Source: Nemertoderma westbladi (lineage: Eukaryota; Animalia; Xenacoelomorpha). From it: 64,000 bases of DNA. This document shows, one piece after another, positions 20,138-32,157 of the stretch (positions are counted from its first letter, which is position 1; the number at the start of each line of letters is the position of its first letter). Under the pieces are notes generated by a model. That model ran no database searches and was not told the DNA's origin. It was given only the letters and a program-made list of their open reading frames with translations. The translations under genes and the position numbers were made by a program. The stretch is taken from NCBI GenBank assembly GCA_032718475.1, contig JAUCBJ010000118.1, positions 709 through 64,708 on the forward strand, written 5' to 3'.

Positions 20138-21208
20138 TCATGGGCTCATGTAAGAATAATAATCAGGTTTCCATGGAGAATTAGTAACTGGATCTACTGG
20201 AACTAGCTGACCGACAACTTTCTGTTTCTTTGCAGGTGATGCGTTGGTTAATTTACTCGATGATCTTGGCTTCCGAGGTAATATTTCAGGAAAGACCTGT
20301 TGCGGTTGAGAGCAACTCTCTTCAACATCCGGATTAGGTGATGGGATCTCTACGAATGCTTTAGGTTTATCCAAAAGGACAAAACCGTCAACACGGGCTT
20401 CAGTAAGAGAAACGCCATCCATCGATTCTTTGAGAAAACTAATATGGGCTTTATCATTCAAGTAATGCAACTCGATAGAATTTCCACCGGCACCTACTTC
20501 AGTAGAATTATCGGTGTTGGTGATAATAATTTTTTTATTATTGGTTTTAATCATTTTGAGCCGGTCTGATAATTGAATGATATTTTTATCAAAAAGATGC
20601 TTGTCTGTTTCATCGACTTGGTTGTCCCACTCTCGCAACAAAACGGTTAGTTCCTGTTTTGACAAATTGAAACCCGTATAATAGTTAAAACCAACACTAT
20701 CAGCGTATCTGATGCTGATTTTCCATAAGCCAACATAGTTGGTTCCTTTAAAAGCTGTTACAAATCCAATAAACTCTGGATTTGATAATTCAATGTAGAA
20801 TTGATCGCTAATAATCTCTAGCGGTGGAGAGAGAAATTGCAATAATTTCCCTCTGTATTGAATTAGAACTTCAGTAAAAGCTTTGTTGAGAACTTTACAT
20901 TTGCCTTGTTTCTGAACGTAAACATCACCCGATGTGGAGTTGATGGAAATGTTCAAATTTCCCCGCGCAAAACGAAGAGTTGGATATATCCTACCTGGTA
21001 TAATTGCTGGTCTGGATTGATGTTGGTTGTTGTTGGTTGTTTCTAGAATGTCTAACAAATAGCGGGTATCTTGATGGGAAAAACAAATTGATTCGTTGTC
21101 CTCCTGAGATTCCACAATAAAATACTTGCTGTGAACGGCGGTACAAGTATATTTATTGTAAGTAAATTTCCAGCTATTTGCTGCTCCGGTTTTTTGCGTT
21201 AAGGCCAT
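20138..21208 (-). CDS. PC4/Sub1-like ssDNA-binding domain protein (356 aa) with C-terminal NLS
   Basis: [19 protein letters not shown]...[22 protein letters not shown] resembles PC4 YVSVRDFKGKVLIDIREY...[30 protein letters not shown] is a monopartite NLS-like motif in a disordered tail. Confidence 0.55.
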   Translation of the reverse strand: [356 protein letters not shown]

Positions 21209-21274
21209 AATAATAATAATAGTAAATACGAAAAATATTACAAGTGATAAATTTTAAACCGTATCGCTGTAATA

Positions 21275-21558
21275 AATTGACACCATAGTTCTCACTCTAA
21301 AATTGTGTTGGTCGGAAGACGACGCCTGATAAAAATGATGCTGAGTTCGACATTAGGTATCGACTCAAAAACAAAAATCGGGTGAGACATGTAGCTCAGA
21401 TTTTCGTTTTTAGGTCGATACCCAATGCTGGAATCAGTATCATTTTATGTGGTGTCGTTTTCCAACCAATGAATATACAACGAGTAAGATAATGTAGAAA
21501 TTATTAAGGAAATAACACAATTTCAGAGTGAGAACAAAAAATGAGATATGGTATCAAT
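21275..21558. repeat. Imperfect long inverted repeat (hairpin) upstream of the PC4-like gene
   Basis: gttctcactctaaaattgtgtt / aacacaatttcagagtgagaac, plus an inner ~70-bp stem ttggtcggaagacgacgcc...ggtatcgactcaaaaacaaaaatc / gattttcgtttttaggtcgatacc...ggtgtcgttttccaaccaa. Confidence 0.85.
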
Positions 21559-21858
21559 ATATTACCATGAAGATTACAAGTGATGAATTTTAAATAAAAA
21601 CATTCAGTTATATAAGTTTCTGAATATGTGATGTGGCATAGTCAACGTAGAAGAGATGGGATGTGGCATAATGGACGAATAAGAAAAGAGATGGGTTGCA
21701 ATGTGGATAGGAAATACGTGAAAGAATATGAATCATAGGGTTGTGTGTAATAATAATCAATAATTATAATAAAAACGCACAGTATAATGTTAGTAGTAGT
21801 AGCCTTTCAATATGGCACAGATGCTGAGGGATCGGTTAGCTTGAGTAACTACTATGGA

Positions 21859-22309
21859 AATGCTCGTATACGTGTAGTTGACACGAGGCGGAATTTCATG
21901 CACATGTATCGTACTGAGTGGTTGGTTTGTTGGTTTGGCGACGGCTGTCGTGGAGTTGGCAATCGATATAATATAATATATGCTCGATGCGAGTAGTTGG
22001 TGGCCACGTCGTCGTTGTCGCCATCATATACAGTATACAGCGGTGGTGGTGGTGGTGGTGACATGGCGAAAAGGTGAATAACATTAGGGTTAGGGTTAGT
22101 TAGTCAGTCAGTAAGGCGGGCATCGCGAGGTTAGGCTTCGCTACGCTACGATTGGTTGATGGCAACTGCCGATCGATGGATGGTGACAGATGTGGCACGC
22201 ACCGCAATTTAGCACCGGAATTTGGCATTTTTTAATAGCCCTCCGAATGGAATGTGCATAGCCCAGGCTTAGGGAGGACTATGTTGGGGGCCATGCTTTA
22301 TCTACTACT
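21859..22309 (-). repeat. Right TIR of the Polinton (~450 bp)
   Basis: 21859-22016 is the inverted match to 4206-4387. The GC-richer sequence continues to CTACTACT at 22309. The outer boundary rests on the terminal motif only. Confidence 0.75.
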
Positions 22310-23273
22310 GTTATATTACACAACTCTTCGATATGTTTGACATAGATGAATAAACCTTCCCAATGAAATCAGTACAAGTGACCAAACTGTATGGCCAATT
22401 TACCACATTTGAATAAAGTGCTACTTGCACTTTTGGTGCTCTTTTAGTATCTATTGAAAAAAAAATGAAAATGTTGCTTTTAATCTTGCTTTCGATTACT
22501 AATAATGAGTTCAACAAACCAAAAAATCATAGTATGGCTTCATGTTTATACCGAAGTCTTTGAAGGGTGATGTTTTTTGTGTAATTTTATCAATTCCGAA
22601 AAGTGCTGATATGGTATGGGTGTCAGGAACTCCTCATATCTCGAAAACTACTGGAGGGTTCACTAAATTTAGGGGCTTTGCAGCAGCTTGGTGGGTCATT
22701 ATTTATATAGCTTGGTGGATCTATAGTAGATCATGTAACTTATGAAGTTTCATTTTTTATTTGAAAATGTTCTTCGATAATTTTTTCATCTACAGCCCAA
22801 ATTTCGTAGCATTTCCTTGGATGATTACAAAAATGAAATTTGAAACAGGCGTAGGCAACATGCTTCTGTCATCTGTCATCTCCCTCCACCGCCGTGGTGG
22901 GTGAGTCAGAATTTTGTATATTATTCTTTAGCTACTGTACAACCGTTTGAAAAAAGTCCGTCTTATTCTATAACCTTATAGTGATTTATTGGTATTGTTA
23001 GAAAGCCACGCGAGGATTCCAAATATGTAACACATTCTGAATTTCGATGAAAAATAGCTGAGATATGGGCACTCGAATGTTGCATGGTTTTGCAGTTAGC
23101 GAGGCTATACAGTATTTTATTATAATTAACTAATACAGTACACCATATTCTGGCAGGCCTACAGTATGTGCAATTGTGTAAATGTCCATTAACAAGAGTT
23201 CGTGTTAATTAATATGGTATAGTTTAGTTAATTTATATTGCTTCGCAAAGTTTCAAGTCATCATAGGGCCGTC

Positions 23274-23909
23274 CTACTGTACAACTAGAACAAGAAGTGT
23301 CGCAACTAACAAGCATCTTGGTGCGATGATATTATTGGAACTGCCCTCAGTAACCAACCAGACAGTAGCACCAGTAGTAGTACCATCTGGTGTCGATGTG
23401 GTTTGTATTACATTTTCTTTCCATTCAGCTGGAGGTGAACTACAGATGCCCTCACAACATCGCAACTGGCAAGAGAAGTGTGTTACGGTCAGGTCGATTT
23501 TGATCCAGTTTAATATATTTAACATTCTCACTGTTTCGTCGTCTCGGTATTCCGATTTGGCCTCAGGAAGAACTACCTCGATCATGTAGATACATCCATC
23601 TTCGTTTATTGGTACACACTGGCTGTCGCAGAAGTCATACTGATACTCGAACGTTATTTCTCCTTGGTAACCTTCTCGTCGCCCAGACAACAGCATGGAT
23701 GTCGCACCGCAAGCAGAACATTCATGATCTGTCATATTACGACGAAGGTACGGGTTAGATTCTAGAAAGTCCGCGATCTTATCTTTATAGAACTTTAGTA
23801 AGTTGTCGTTGTCTGAGGTGATTCTTGAAGGGTATTGGTATCGGCAGGTATAGTTCGAAGTGACTATTGATACTTGGAATGTAATTAATGCAGCTGAAAT
23901 AATTTTCAT
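23274..23909 (-). CDS. Intronless host gene: secreted, probably GPI-anchored Cys-rich (Ly6/uPAR-like) protein
   Basis: ATG 23909 gives signal peptide MKIISAALITFQVSIVTS. Cys pattern CSAC...C..C..C..C..CCEGICS, Thr-rich stalk, and hydrophobic C-terminus SSNNIIAPRCLLVATLLVLVVQ*. Confidence 0.7.
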   Translation of the reverse strand: MKIISAALITFQVSIVTSNYTCRYQYPSRITSDNDNLLKFYKDKIADFLESNPYLRRNMTDHECSACGATSMLLSGRREGYQGEITFEYQYDFCDSQCVPINEDGCIYMIEVVLPEAKSEYRDDETVRMLNILNWIKIDLTVTHFSCQLRCCEGICSSPPAEWKENVIQTTSTPDGTTTGATVWLVTEGSSNNIIAPRCLLVATLLVLVVQ

Positions 23910-24914
23910 TTTAAATATTAGATTTTGACTTCCAATTGCTATACAGCAAATCAACCCAGTTTATCGAACTCTGTTATACAGTAGTTAACCACTCTATTGA
24001 GTGGGGGTGGGTGGGATTCTCTTTTTCTATTGAGTCTTCTTACTTAGGATATAAATTAAATTTGTCGCGAAATTTAAAAAATGATGTAGTTTAAGTTAAA
24101 ACAACAATGAATATAATTCAATGTAATGTTGAAATGTTGTGTTAATCTACACTACAGGACATGACGTTTTTAATATATTTCTTATGTTTTATGTATATAT
24201 GCAAGGTCATCATCCCACTGTAACCTGAACCTACATACAGTATGTTGTGTAAATGAGTTGGTATCCCCCATGGAGAAACAATTGATGGGTATCCAATTGA
24301 GCCTAGCTCAACCCTCATGTATCTGTTACCCCAGTAGTAAGATAGGCGTGAGTACAACAATAATATTGGCTTGTTTTCTTTCTACATCGTAATTCTAATT
24401 AAACTCCACTGCTACGGAAATAAACAAAGCAAATTACATTCTCGGCACAAATGAGATTAAGAAATGTGTGCCCCAGCATTGACTATACTGTATTAGTTAT
24501 CTTTGAGCCGTGTAATTTCAGGTTGAAGATTTGTTTTGGTCTGCGCAATATACTACACACACACCCTGCGCAATATTCTGGTATAATTATCATTCAGAGA
24601 TCTAGTGTCCTTAGTTGAAGACGCACAGCAAGAACTGCCTGCCGTAGAGCAGAACGGGCTCCCTTTAATTACCTTTTATTAAGGATTGTGGCATGATAAT
24701 GGTTTTAATAAGTATTAATAAAAGTTAGAGGAAAACACGGCCTTTTATCATTCGTTTTCTTTAGCGAATTCAGATATTTTGCCCTCATGTATTGAGTTTT
24801 CCACTCATTGGCATTCTAGCACTCGCTTCGCTCGGGCTAAAAACTTGCCAACTCGTGTAAAACTCAACCACTCGGACAGAATTAGTTGAATTTCGTAAAA
24901 CTGAACTACTACAG

Positions 24915-25244
24915 TACTACTAGGATCGGTATGCTGCATTGCAGCTGCATTTTTCAGAATGGTGTGCCGGCTTGCGACAAAATTACGCCGCCACAACTCC
25001 CTATCACCCAAGATATTTGCTAGATCATCCGCATCTTCAAGGCCAGTTTCCTTTAAGATGCGTCTCAAGAAAGGCATGGGCTGTCCAGTGTCCACCATGC
25101 TTATTCACTCCATGAGGCTGCCAAAGCACAAGATTAAGCACTGGATGGTCCTCACGGCGAAAGCAATGTCCTGCAAAGTGGATGCGACTTTGTTCTAGTG
25201 TCAAGCTTGGGGGAACCAATGAGACACCTCCAATGTTATATAGT
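24915..25244 (-). mobile_element. RTE-like LINE, 3' fragment (copy 1)
   Basis: Near-identical to the 3' ends of the other copies (FAGHCFRRED..LWQPHG..DRELWR; 3' UTR gcagctgcaatgcagcataccgatcc(tag)n). Confidence 0.9.
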
Positions 25245-25904
25245 GAAAATTAGTGAAAAAGGAGGTGCTTACCGCTTATTCTTTTTTTTTTTATCGAAAG
25301 GCAGTGTGAGTTTAAAGCTTTAGGGCATACCCTCTTGCTCTTCTCATAGACGATATACCTCGACTAGCACTGGTCTATGGGACATCTTTTGTGAGTAAAT
25401 TAATATATAATATTGATAAGAAATATAGTAAATTATAACAGATACTATTAGTAAAACCGCCCATCAATGCCATGAGAGGTACAGGAGCAAACAGTAGTAA
25501 ATAATGATATACCAACAGAATATCCAACTGAGGAACTCACACACTACCCCAATCACGCCCGCCATTTTTATTAACCATTTCATTTTGAAATTCAATACAG
25601 TGTAGTTAGAACACGAGGAAAACAACAACAACAACAATACATTTAGTAGGAATGGGGGGGGGGGGATAATCTTATTAAATTCTTAGCATAGAGTAACGAA
25701 TTTACAGTAGTACGGATTAGACTAAAACACTTGAGGCGAATTCGAATTGACAAATTGTTTATAATAATAATAATAATAATATTTATGTAGCACTATGACC
25801 GGGTTATGAAATGATGAACAATTCAATGGAATGTACTTTGCTTATTTCCTATGCTGGCAGAAGAAGAGGGGCGCGCGGCCTAAACCCTATTTAAAAATGT
25901 CATG

Positions 25905-27068
25905 GAAACTTAATTTAGAATCGCCAATAATTGAATGCCACCCCAAATTAGATGATTTAACACCAAAATAAATTATTTTACACCAAATATATTTTTTTTG
26001 TAGCACCAATTCACATCCCCCAATATTGAATATCCTTCTCACCAAAAACAATTATTCATCCCCCAAAAACAATTATTCATCCCCCAAAAACAATTATTTG
26101 TCCCCCAAAAACAATTATTGATTCCCCAAAAACATTTATTCATCCCCCAAAAACAATTATTCATCCCCCAAAAATAATTACTCGTCAACCAAAAAAAATT
26201 ATTCTAGCACCAAATATTTATATTAACTACGCTTTGGTCACTTGCTATACTTCAGTTACAGTATTCGTACCGATAGGCCTATTGCCTTCATAACAACGTA
26301 TTCTGTTATTAGGTTTCGTACCGATGTACCTACAGTATTAGTCCTACTTCAGTTTCAGTATTCGTACCTATAGGCCTATTGCCTATCTATTATTGCCTAT
26401 GGCATATTACTTATTCTGTTATTAGGTTTCAGTATTACGGCAGTAAGTCTTTGTCTAACTTCCAGGAAGTGCTAGGCCTATTGCTGCAGTATTATAGTAT
26501 TTATTTTGGGGGATTATGTATTTATTTTGGGCAAAAATGTATTTGTTTTGGGGGAAAATGTATTCATTTTGGGCTAAAATGTATTTGTTTTGGGGGAAAA
26601 TGTATTTATTATGGGCTAAAATGTATTTGTTTTGGGGGAAAATGTATTTATTTTGGGCTAAAATGTATTTGTTTTGGGGGAAAATGTATTTGTTTTGGGG
26701 GGAAATGTATTTATTTTGGGCTAAAATGTATTTGTTTTGGGGGAAAATGTATTTGTTTTGGGAAAATTTGTAATTATTTTGGGGGTTTTGTCATTTATTT
26801 TGGTGCAAATAATTGGTTTTGAGGAGCATTTTATTTATTTTGGTAATAAATAATTGGTTTTGGTATTGAATAATTTTTTTTGATTTTGAAAATTTATTTT
26901 GGTGTTTGAATAATTTTATTCTGTTATTTGGGGTGACATTATTTTAATAGGTGTTGAATAATTTTTTTTGTGGTCACATTATTTAATTTGTGATAAAATA
27001 ATTTTTTTTGGTGAAATTTTCATCAATTTTGGGATGACTTTAATTGGTAGCCATTTAGAATTAAGTGG
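25905..27068. repeat. Foldback-like element with inverted ~21-bp minisatellite arrays
   Basis: ccccaaaaacaattattcatc-type units at ~26040-26200 face ttttgggggaaaatgtatttg units at ~26500-26800, with degenerate inverted ends. Confidence 0.7.
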
Positions 27069-27277
27069 GACCTAGGTAATTACCCCAACTGTAGGCCTAC
27101 ACCAGTTTGAGGAATATTCTTTGAAGGTTAACATCAATAATTCGTTTGGGGAAGTATTTAAGTAGTAAGTACCGGTAGTGTAGGCACAAGAGTCGAGTGG
27201 TGGCACCAATTGAGGCTCTTAATTCAAAGTATTTTTTAGAAAAGCGAAACGTCAGAAAAAATGTTGGTTAGGCCTAC

Positions 27278-28766
27278 TAATAGGATCGGTATGCTGCATT
27301 GCAGCTGCATTTTTAAGAATGCTGTGCCGGCTTATCGACAAAGTTTCACCGCCACAACTCCCTATCACCCATGACATTTGCTAGATCATCCGCATCTTCA
27401 AGGCCAGTGTCCTTTAAGATGCGTCTCAAGAAAGTCATGGGCTGTCCACCATGCTTATTCACTCCATGAGGCTGCCAAAGTAGAAAATTATGCACTGGCT
27501 GGTCTTCACGGCGAAAGCAATGTCCTGCAAAGCGGAGGCGATTTTGTTCTAGTGTCAAGCTTGGTGGAACCAATGAGACACCTCCAATGTTATATAGTGT
27601 CTGGTTGGAGATGTGTGCATAGTACTTGACACAATGAACCCGGCGTAGCATTCTTGTGAATGTGCCATCCAGAGATTTGGTGTCCTCAGCAGTTAGAGCC
27701 CAGCATGGACTCCCATAGAGGATTACTGGAACTACTGCTGCTCTAAATAATCGGACCTTAAGTTTCCGATTAATTCTCGGTGACTTCCAAATCCTGGAAA
27801 GCCTATTCAAGGCTGCCCATGCCTTTCCCTTACGTATTCCAAGGTCCTCAACTGACTTCCGGATCCATGATTCCAGGTAACAGAAGTCATCCACATGCTC
27901 AAGCATACCATCGTTTGAGCTTATGCTCATCCAATCAGAGACTTGCTGAGGACTTTCGAAGTTAACTGTCAAAATTTTGGTCTTTCTTGAGTTAATAAAA
28001 AGACCAACATTAGAAACAGCATGTTCAAATTAGCTGAGGAGCCGTTGGACTCCCTCTAGTGATTCTGAGAGTACTCCTACGTCATCAGCAAAGTCTAGAT
28101 CAGTTAGGTACTTGGCAGGATTTCCTCGACTTCTGGAGCCAGTAGGTGGAGTTATCATCACCCCCATCATCATTATGATGATCTAAGGAGATGCGTAAAA
28201 CATACTCAACAACAATTATGAACAAGAATGGTGCATGTGTGTCTCCCTGGAGGACGCCCCATAACACTTCAAATGGTTCTGTCAACAGTTCACAGTCAAC
28301 AGTTCACCGTCAACAGTAGACACAAATGTTGTCGAACCATCGTATACTAATCTGATTGCTGCAATAATTTCATCAGGATTCCCATATATTGAAAGTATGC
28401 TGAACATACGTGAGCGAGAGACTGAACCAAAGGCCTTGAAGAAGTCAACAAAGATAACAGTCAGATGCCTGTCTTTCTTTTTTGTTAACTCTTCAATTAT
28501 CCTTCTAAGTGCCAAAATGGGCTCAATGGTCCCACGACCTTTACGGAACCCATTCTGATTTCCACGGAGCAGTCTCTCAATGTGATCCCTGATGCGATTT
28601 AATAGAATTCTATTGTATAGCTTTGCAGCAATCGAGATCAATGAGATTCCCCGAAAAAAACCATAGAGTGTTAGGTTGCCCTTCTTGGGAACTGGCACCA
28701 ACTTATTTGTTTTCATTTCTTGTTGGACTCTTGTTGTTCGGTACATGTCTACTATGTTGGGAATCC
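27278..28766 (-). mobile_element. RTE-like LINE, 5'-truncated, frameshifted RT (copy 2) with 20-bp TSD
   Basis: VPVPKKGN..RGISL, NQNGFRKGRGT, FVDFFKAF, GVLQGDT, DLDFADD. TSD aaaatgttggttaggcctac at 27258-27277 and 28767-28786. Confidence 0.93.
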
Positions 28767-30329
28767 AAAATGTTGGTTAGGCCTACCGGTACACCATAAT
28801 AATAAATCAATCAATCCAATCCAAAAATCATCAAATCATCAAACAATCCAATGATCAAGCTGTCAGACAATTACTGAACGGCGAGCCGTGACATTGGCGG
28901 GTGAGACCTGTTTTCTGGGCTACTTTAACATAATACCAAATAGTCGACGATCATTTTCATATATCCAAAAGTACCAATGATGATACTTATGAAAAGGGGT
29001 TGCCTGGTGCACAAAAAATAAACAATTATCATTTTGATTGGAAAAATACAAAATGTAATCCAGAGAATCGCCAGTTGCATTAAATTTAATAATTTTTTCA
29101 GTTTCCATATTCAGATATATTAGTATAAGTTGAGTAAAAAAGTTGCTGCGATCCACATTCAGAAAGTCTCTCTAAAGGCAAGGCATACATGCCAAATCTC
29201 CCTACGTGCCAAATTTCCCTGGTCTCCTCTACATTTATTAATCTCGCAAGTAGCTTGGCAATAATGTATTAACTCAGTAATCATCAAGGCGTCTTAAACT
29301 AGTTTTAAGGCGCCTTGCTAATCGTACTATAGTACAGTAGTACGTAGCTATTCAATATCATACATAAACAAAATGTTCCAGAGTAATGTTTCGTCCGCTA
29401 CTAACACTACTAACAAACCTCACCGAACTTTTTGAATATCCTGACCAGGAAGCGGTCGCTGCATATATTCTATTCACGCGGTATTTCGCGAGGTGTCGAT
29501 GTTGTAATTAGCCAATAACTACATTAAACCATTGTCAAATTTTTGTATTTGTTAGATTCAGAAGATAATTAGTCAGTTTAACTGTAAGTAATTATCTTTG
29601 TATATGAAATATTTTTTACAGTGATGAATTTAACATAGTTAATTGCGAATATTTGGTAGATATGATATATTTCATAGTGATTATTAATTTAACAGAGTTA
29701 AATTTTAGCTTAACCAGATCAAAAGGGACTCACATAAAGCCATAGTACACGGCGGACCAATGCTACCCTCAGCGAAATAAGGAGAACTTATTGGGTACCC
29801 CAATTGAGGAAGTTGGATGGTGAAGTCAGTTGTGGCGAACTGCGGGCGTTGATAGATGCAGAGAGTCCTTCGATTTTAGAATCCCAGTTGCCGAAGGGAG
29901 TGCAACTACGTGATGGCTCCCAAAGTAGAGAAGAGTATGGTGAAGGTCATGTTTAAAAAAGTTGATTTTGAGTGAAAGCGACAACTGAGTTTATTTTTAA
30001 TAATTCGATGAATAATAAGGAAATAGAAGAGGAAGCAATTAAATCACTAAACTTTGAAGCAGGGGTTTGCACAAGGAAAGGGTTGTCGACTTGGAAGTGA
30101 GGAAAAAGTGGCGAGCAGCTCCTTAAATACCTTAAATACCGTCCGGATTGGGTAGCCAAGGAAACTGCTGAGTGGCGAGTTTGTTACGTTTCGATCCTAA
30201 GAAGGCCTGCCAACCTTCCCGCTAGAGGGAGGTTGGACAGAGTGCTGTAAAGACAGCAGATTAGGTTTCGATCCCAAAAAAAGGGTACAGAAAGTTAGAA
30301 AGTTCGGTCGACAACCTGGCGATTATTTA

Positions 30330-31380
30330 CACAGTGGTGGGGCAGTGTCAGACTTGTCGACGATTAAGAAAAACAAGGGCCGTGCAAGTGATGGTACCAT
30401 TGCCGGAAATGAAGGTGGCGCATCACATACTACCATTCACATATAGCGGTGTCGACATGTTCAGTCCAATAATGTGACACACAGATAAGTGCTACGGGAT
30501 AATCTTTTTGTGTAACAACTCAAGGGTGGTAGCGATAGAACTGGCATCGGCCAACGCAACGGCGCGGCATTGGCATTTATGATTGCCTTAGAACGATTCG
30601 TAACCTGGAGAGGCAGGATGGTCAAGGTCCTCTATTCTGATAATGGGACCAACTTCATCAGAGCCGAAAATGAGTTGGCGGAGGCCTTTGACATCCTGGA
30701 AGGAAAGGAATTAAAGGGAGCAATATTGAAGCACCTGATAATGTGGCAAAGAGGATGCCATACGCAACACACACGCTGGGATGCGTAGAGTGATTGGTCG
30801 GCAACACCAAGACGCTCAAATGACGACGCTCTTTAATAACCACATGGTGATGGACGATGTACTCAGAACAATGCTGATGAAGTGCAAGGGGGTAATCAAC
30901 AGCAGACCGCTGTGTCCCTTAATGATGATCCGAGTCCTTGGAGGCTCTGACATCGATGCACCTTCTAAGGGAGAGGCCAGCAGAGATAGACATGCGGTAC
31001 ATCGACAAGGACGATATATACATGAAACATAGTTGGAAGGTTGCTATGCGATTGGAGCAGAGTATTGGGAGAGGTAGCTCCAAGAGTACTTACCAACGCT
31101 GCACAAGAGGAATAAGTGCAGAGACAACCACAGAGAGTTGAGGAAGGACGACTTGATTATAGTGACAGATGACACGGTCATCGATAAATTAATGGAGGTT
31201 AGCCAGGGTCGTAGAATGGTATCCTGGAGAGGACGGAAAAATAAGACCCATAGAGTTCACGATTGGTTTGAAGATTAGGGCGAAAAACAGGAAGACATGA
31301 GGGCAGTGGGAAAGTGATGCCTTATGGAGGAATCGCCCTAAAGTGTTGAATCGTCAAATACATTGGATTGAGGGGGGTGG
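30330..31380 (+). mobile_element. Decayed BEL/Pao LTR-retrotransposon integrase region
   Basis: ALERFVTWRG..LYSDNGTNF, INSRPL and downstream WRLARVVE-like remnants; purine tract gaggggggtggg at ~31370. Confidence 0.8.
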
Positions 31381-32157
31381 GATTAAGGGCGATACACCCT
31401 TCTACCCACAAATAAAAATAAATAAAAAACAAATAAAATAAAATAAATAACTAAGTACGTATGAAGAAAATATATGTACTGCTGCTGGATCAATAGGATC
31501 ACATTTAGGATTAGTAGAGTATATATGTACTATCCCATAGATAGAGTGTACTATGTGGGGCTGGATCAATCGGATCAGATTTTATATACAGGATTAGAAG
31601 AGTACATAGCCTGTAGGTGGAATGTACTGGATGAATAGGATCAAGATTTAAATACTAGTACATACATACTATTGTGGGCATTGAGGGAACCACGTGAGGA
31701 ATTAGAGGGGATATGTAACATAGTGGGCTAGATGGTGTAGGCCCACAAGCTAGACTGCTATAGTACATACCCATGGAATACTAAATATACACGGAACCAG
31801 ATAGATGTCCGATTTCACGAGTCATTCTTTTTATTGCTTTAATCTATTGTACTCGATGCATGAATAAAAATTTTGAAAAAAAAATAGGTGGTCATCGATC
31901 TCGTTGTCATGGCAACAGAGATTAAATTGTTGCGTGCATCACTATCTAAATCGCTATATCGTCAACACTACTTGGCTAAGTAATTCCATAGTAACTGTGA
32001 TATAACGCATTACTGTAGTTCTAGAAGGCCTTGGTTGTACAATACAATTTCACAAGGTTAAACGACACGACAGTGCGAAATCAGATTAGAACATACAGTA
32101 CTGTATACCACACCTCTATAGCTAAGATTAAAACACACCTTGTCCTACAGTACCTAC

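Larger units (their letters stand above)
4206..22309. mobile_element. Polinton/Maverick (endogenous adintovirus-like element), partly decayed
   Basis: Has the full core gene set (pPolB, retroviral-type integrase, A32-like ATPase, adenain, major and minor capsid proteins) in two convergent blocks. Inverted repeats at 4206-4387 and 21859-22016. Right end ...TCTACTACT (22309) fits the 5'-AGTAGT...ACTACT-3' type of Polinton terminus. Confidence 0.96.

Noticed and set aside
21787-22084. Short ORFs in the right TIR, including similarity between the 4084-4290 and 21896-22084 peptides (TTTWPPTT)
   Set aside because: The similarity is just the DNA inverted repeat; there is no evidence of coding.
26379-26822. 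Repetitive ORFs (KCICFGG)n and (MYLFWGK)n
   Set aside because: Translation of a 21-bp minisatellite in a foldback-like element.
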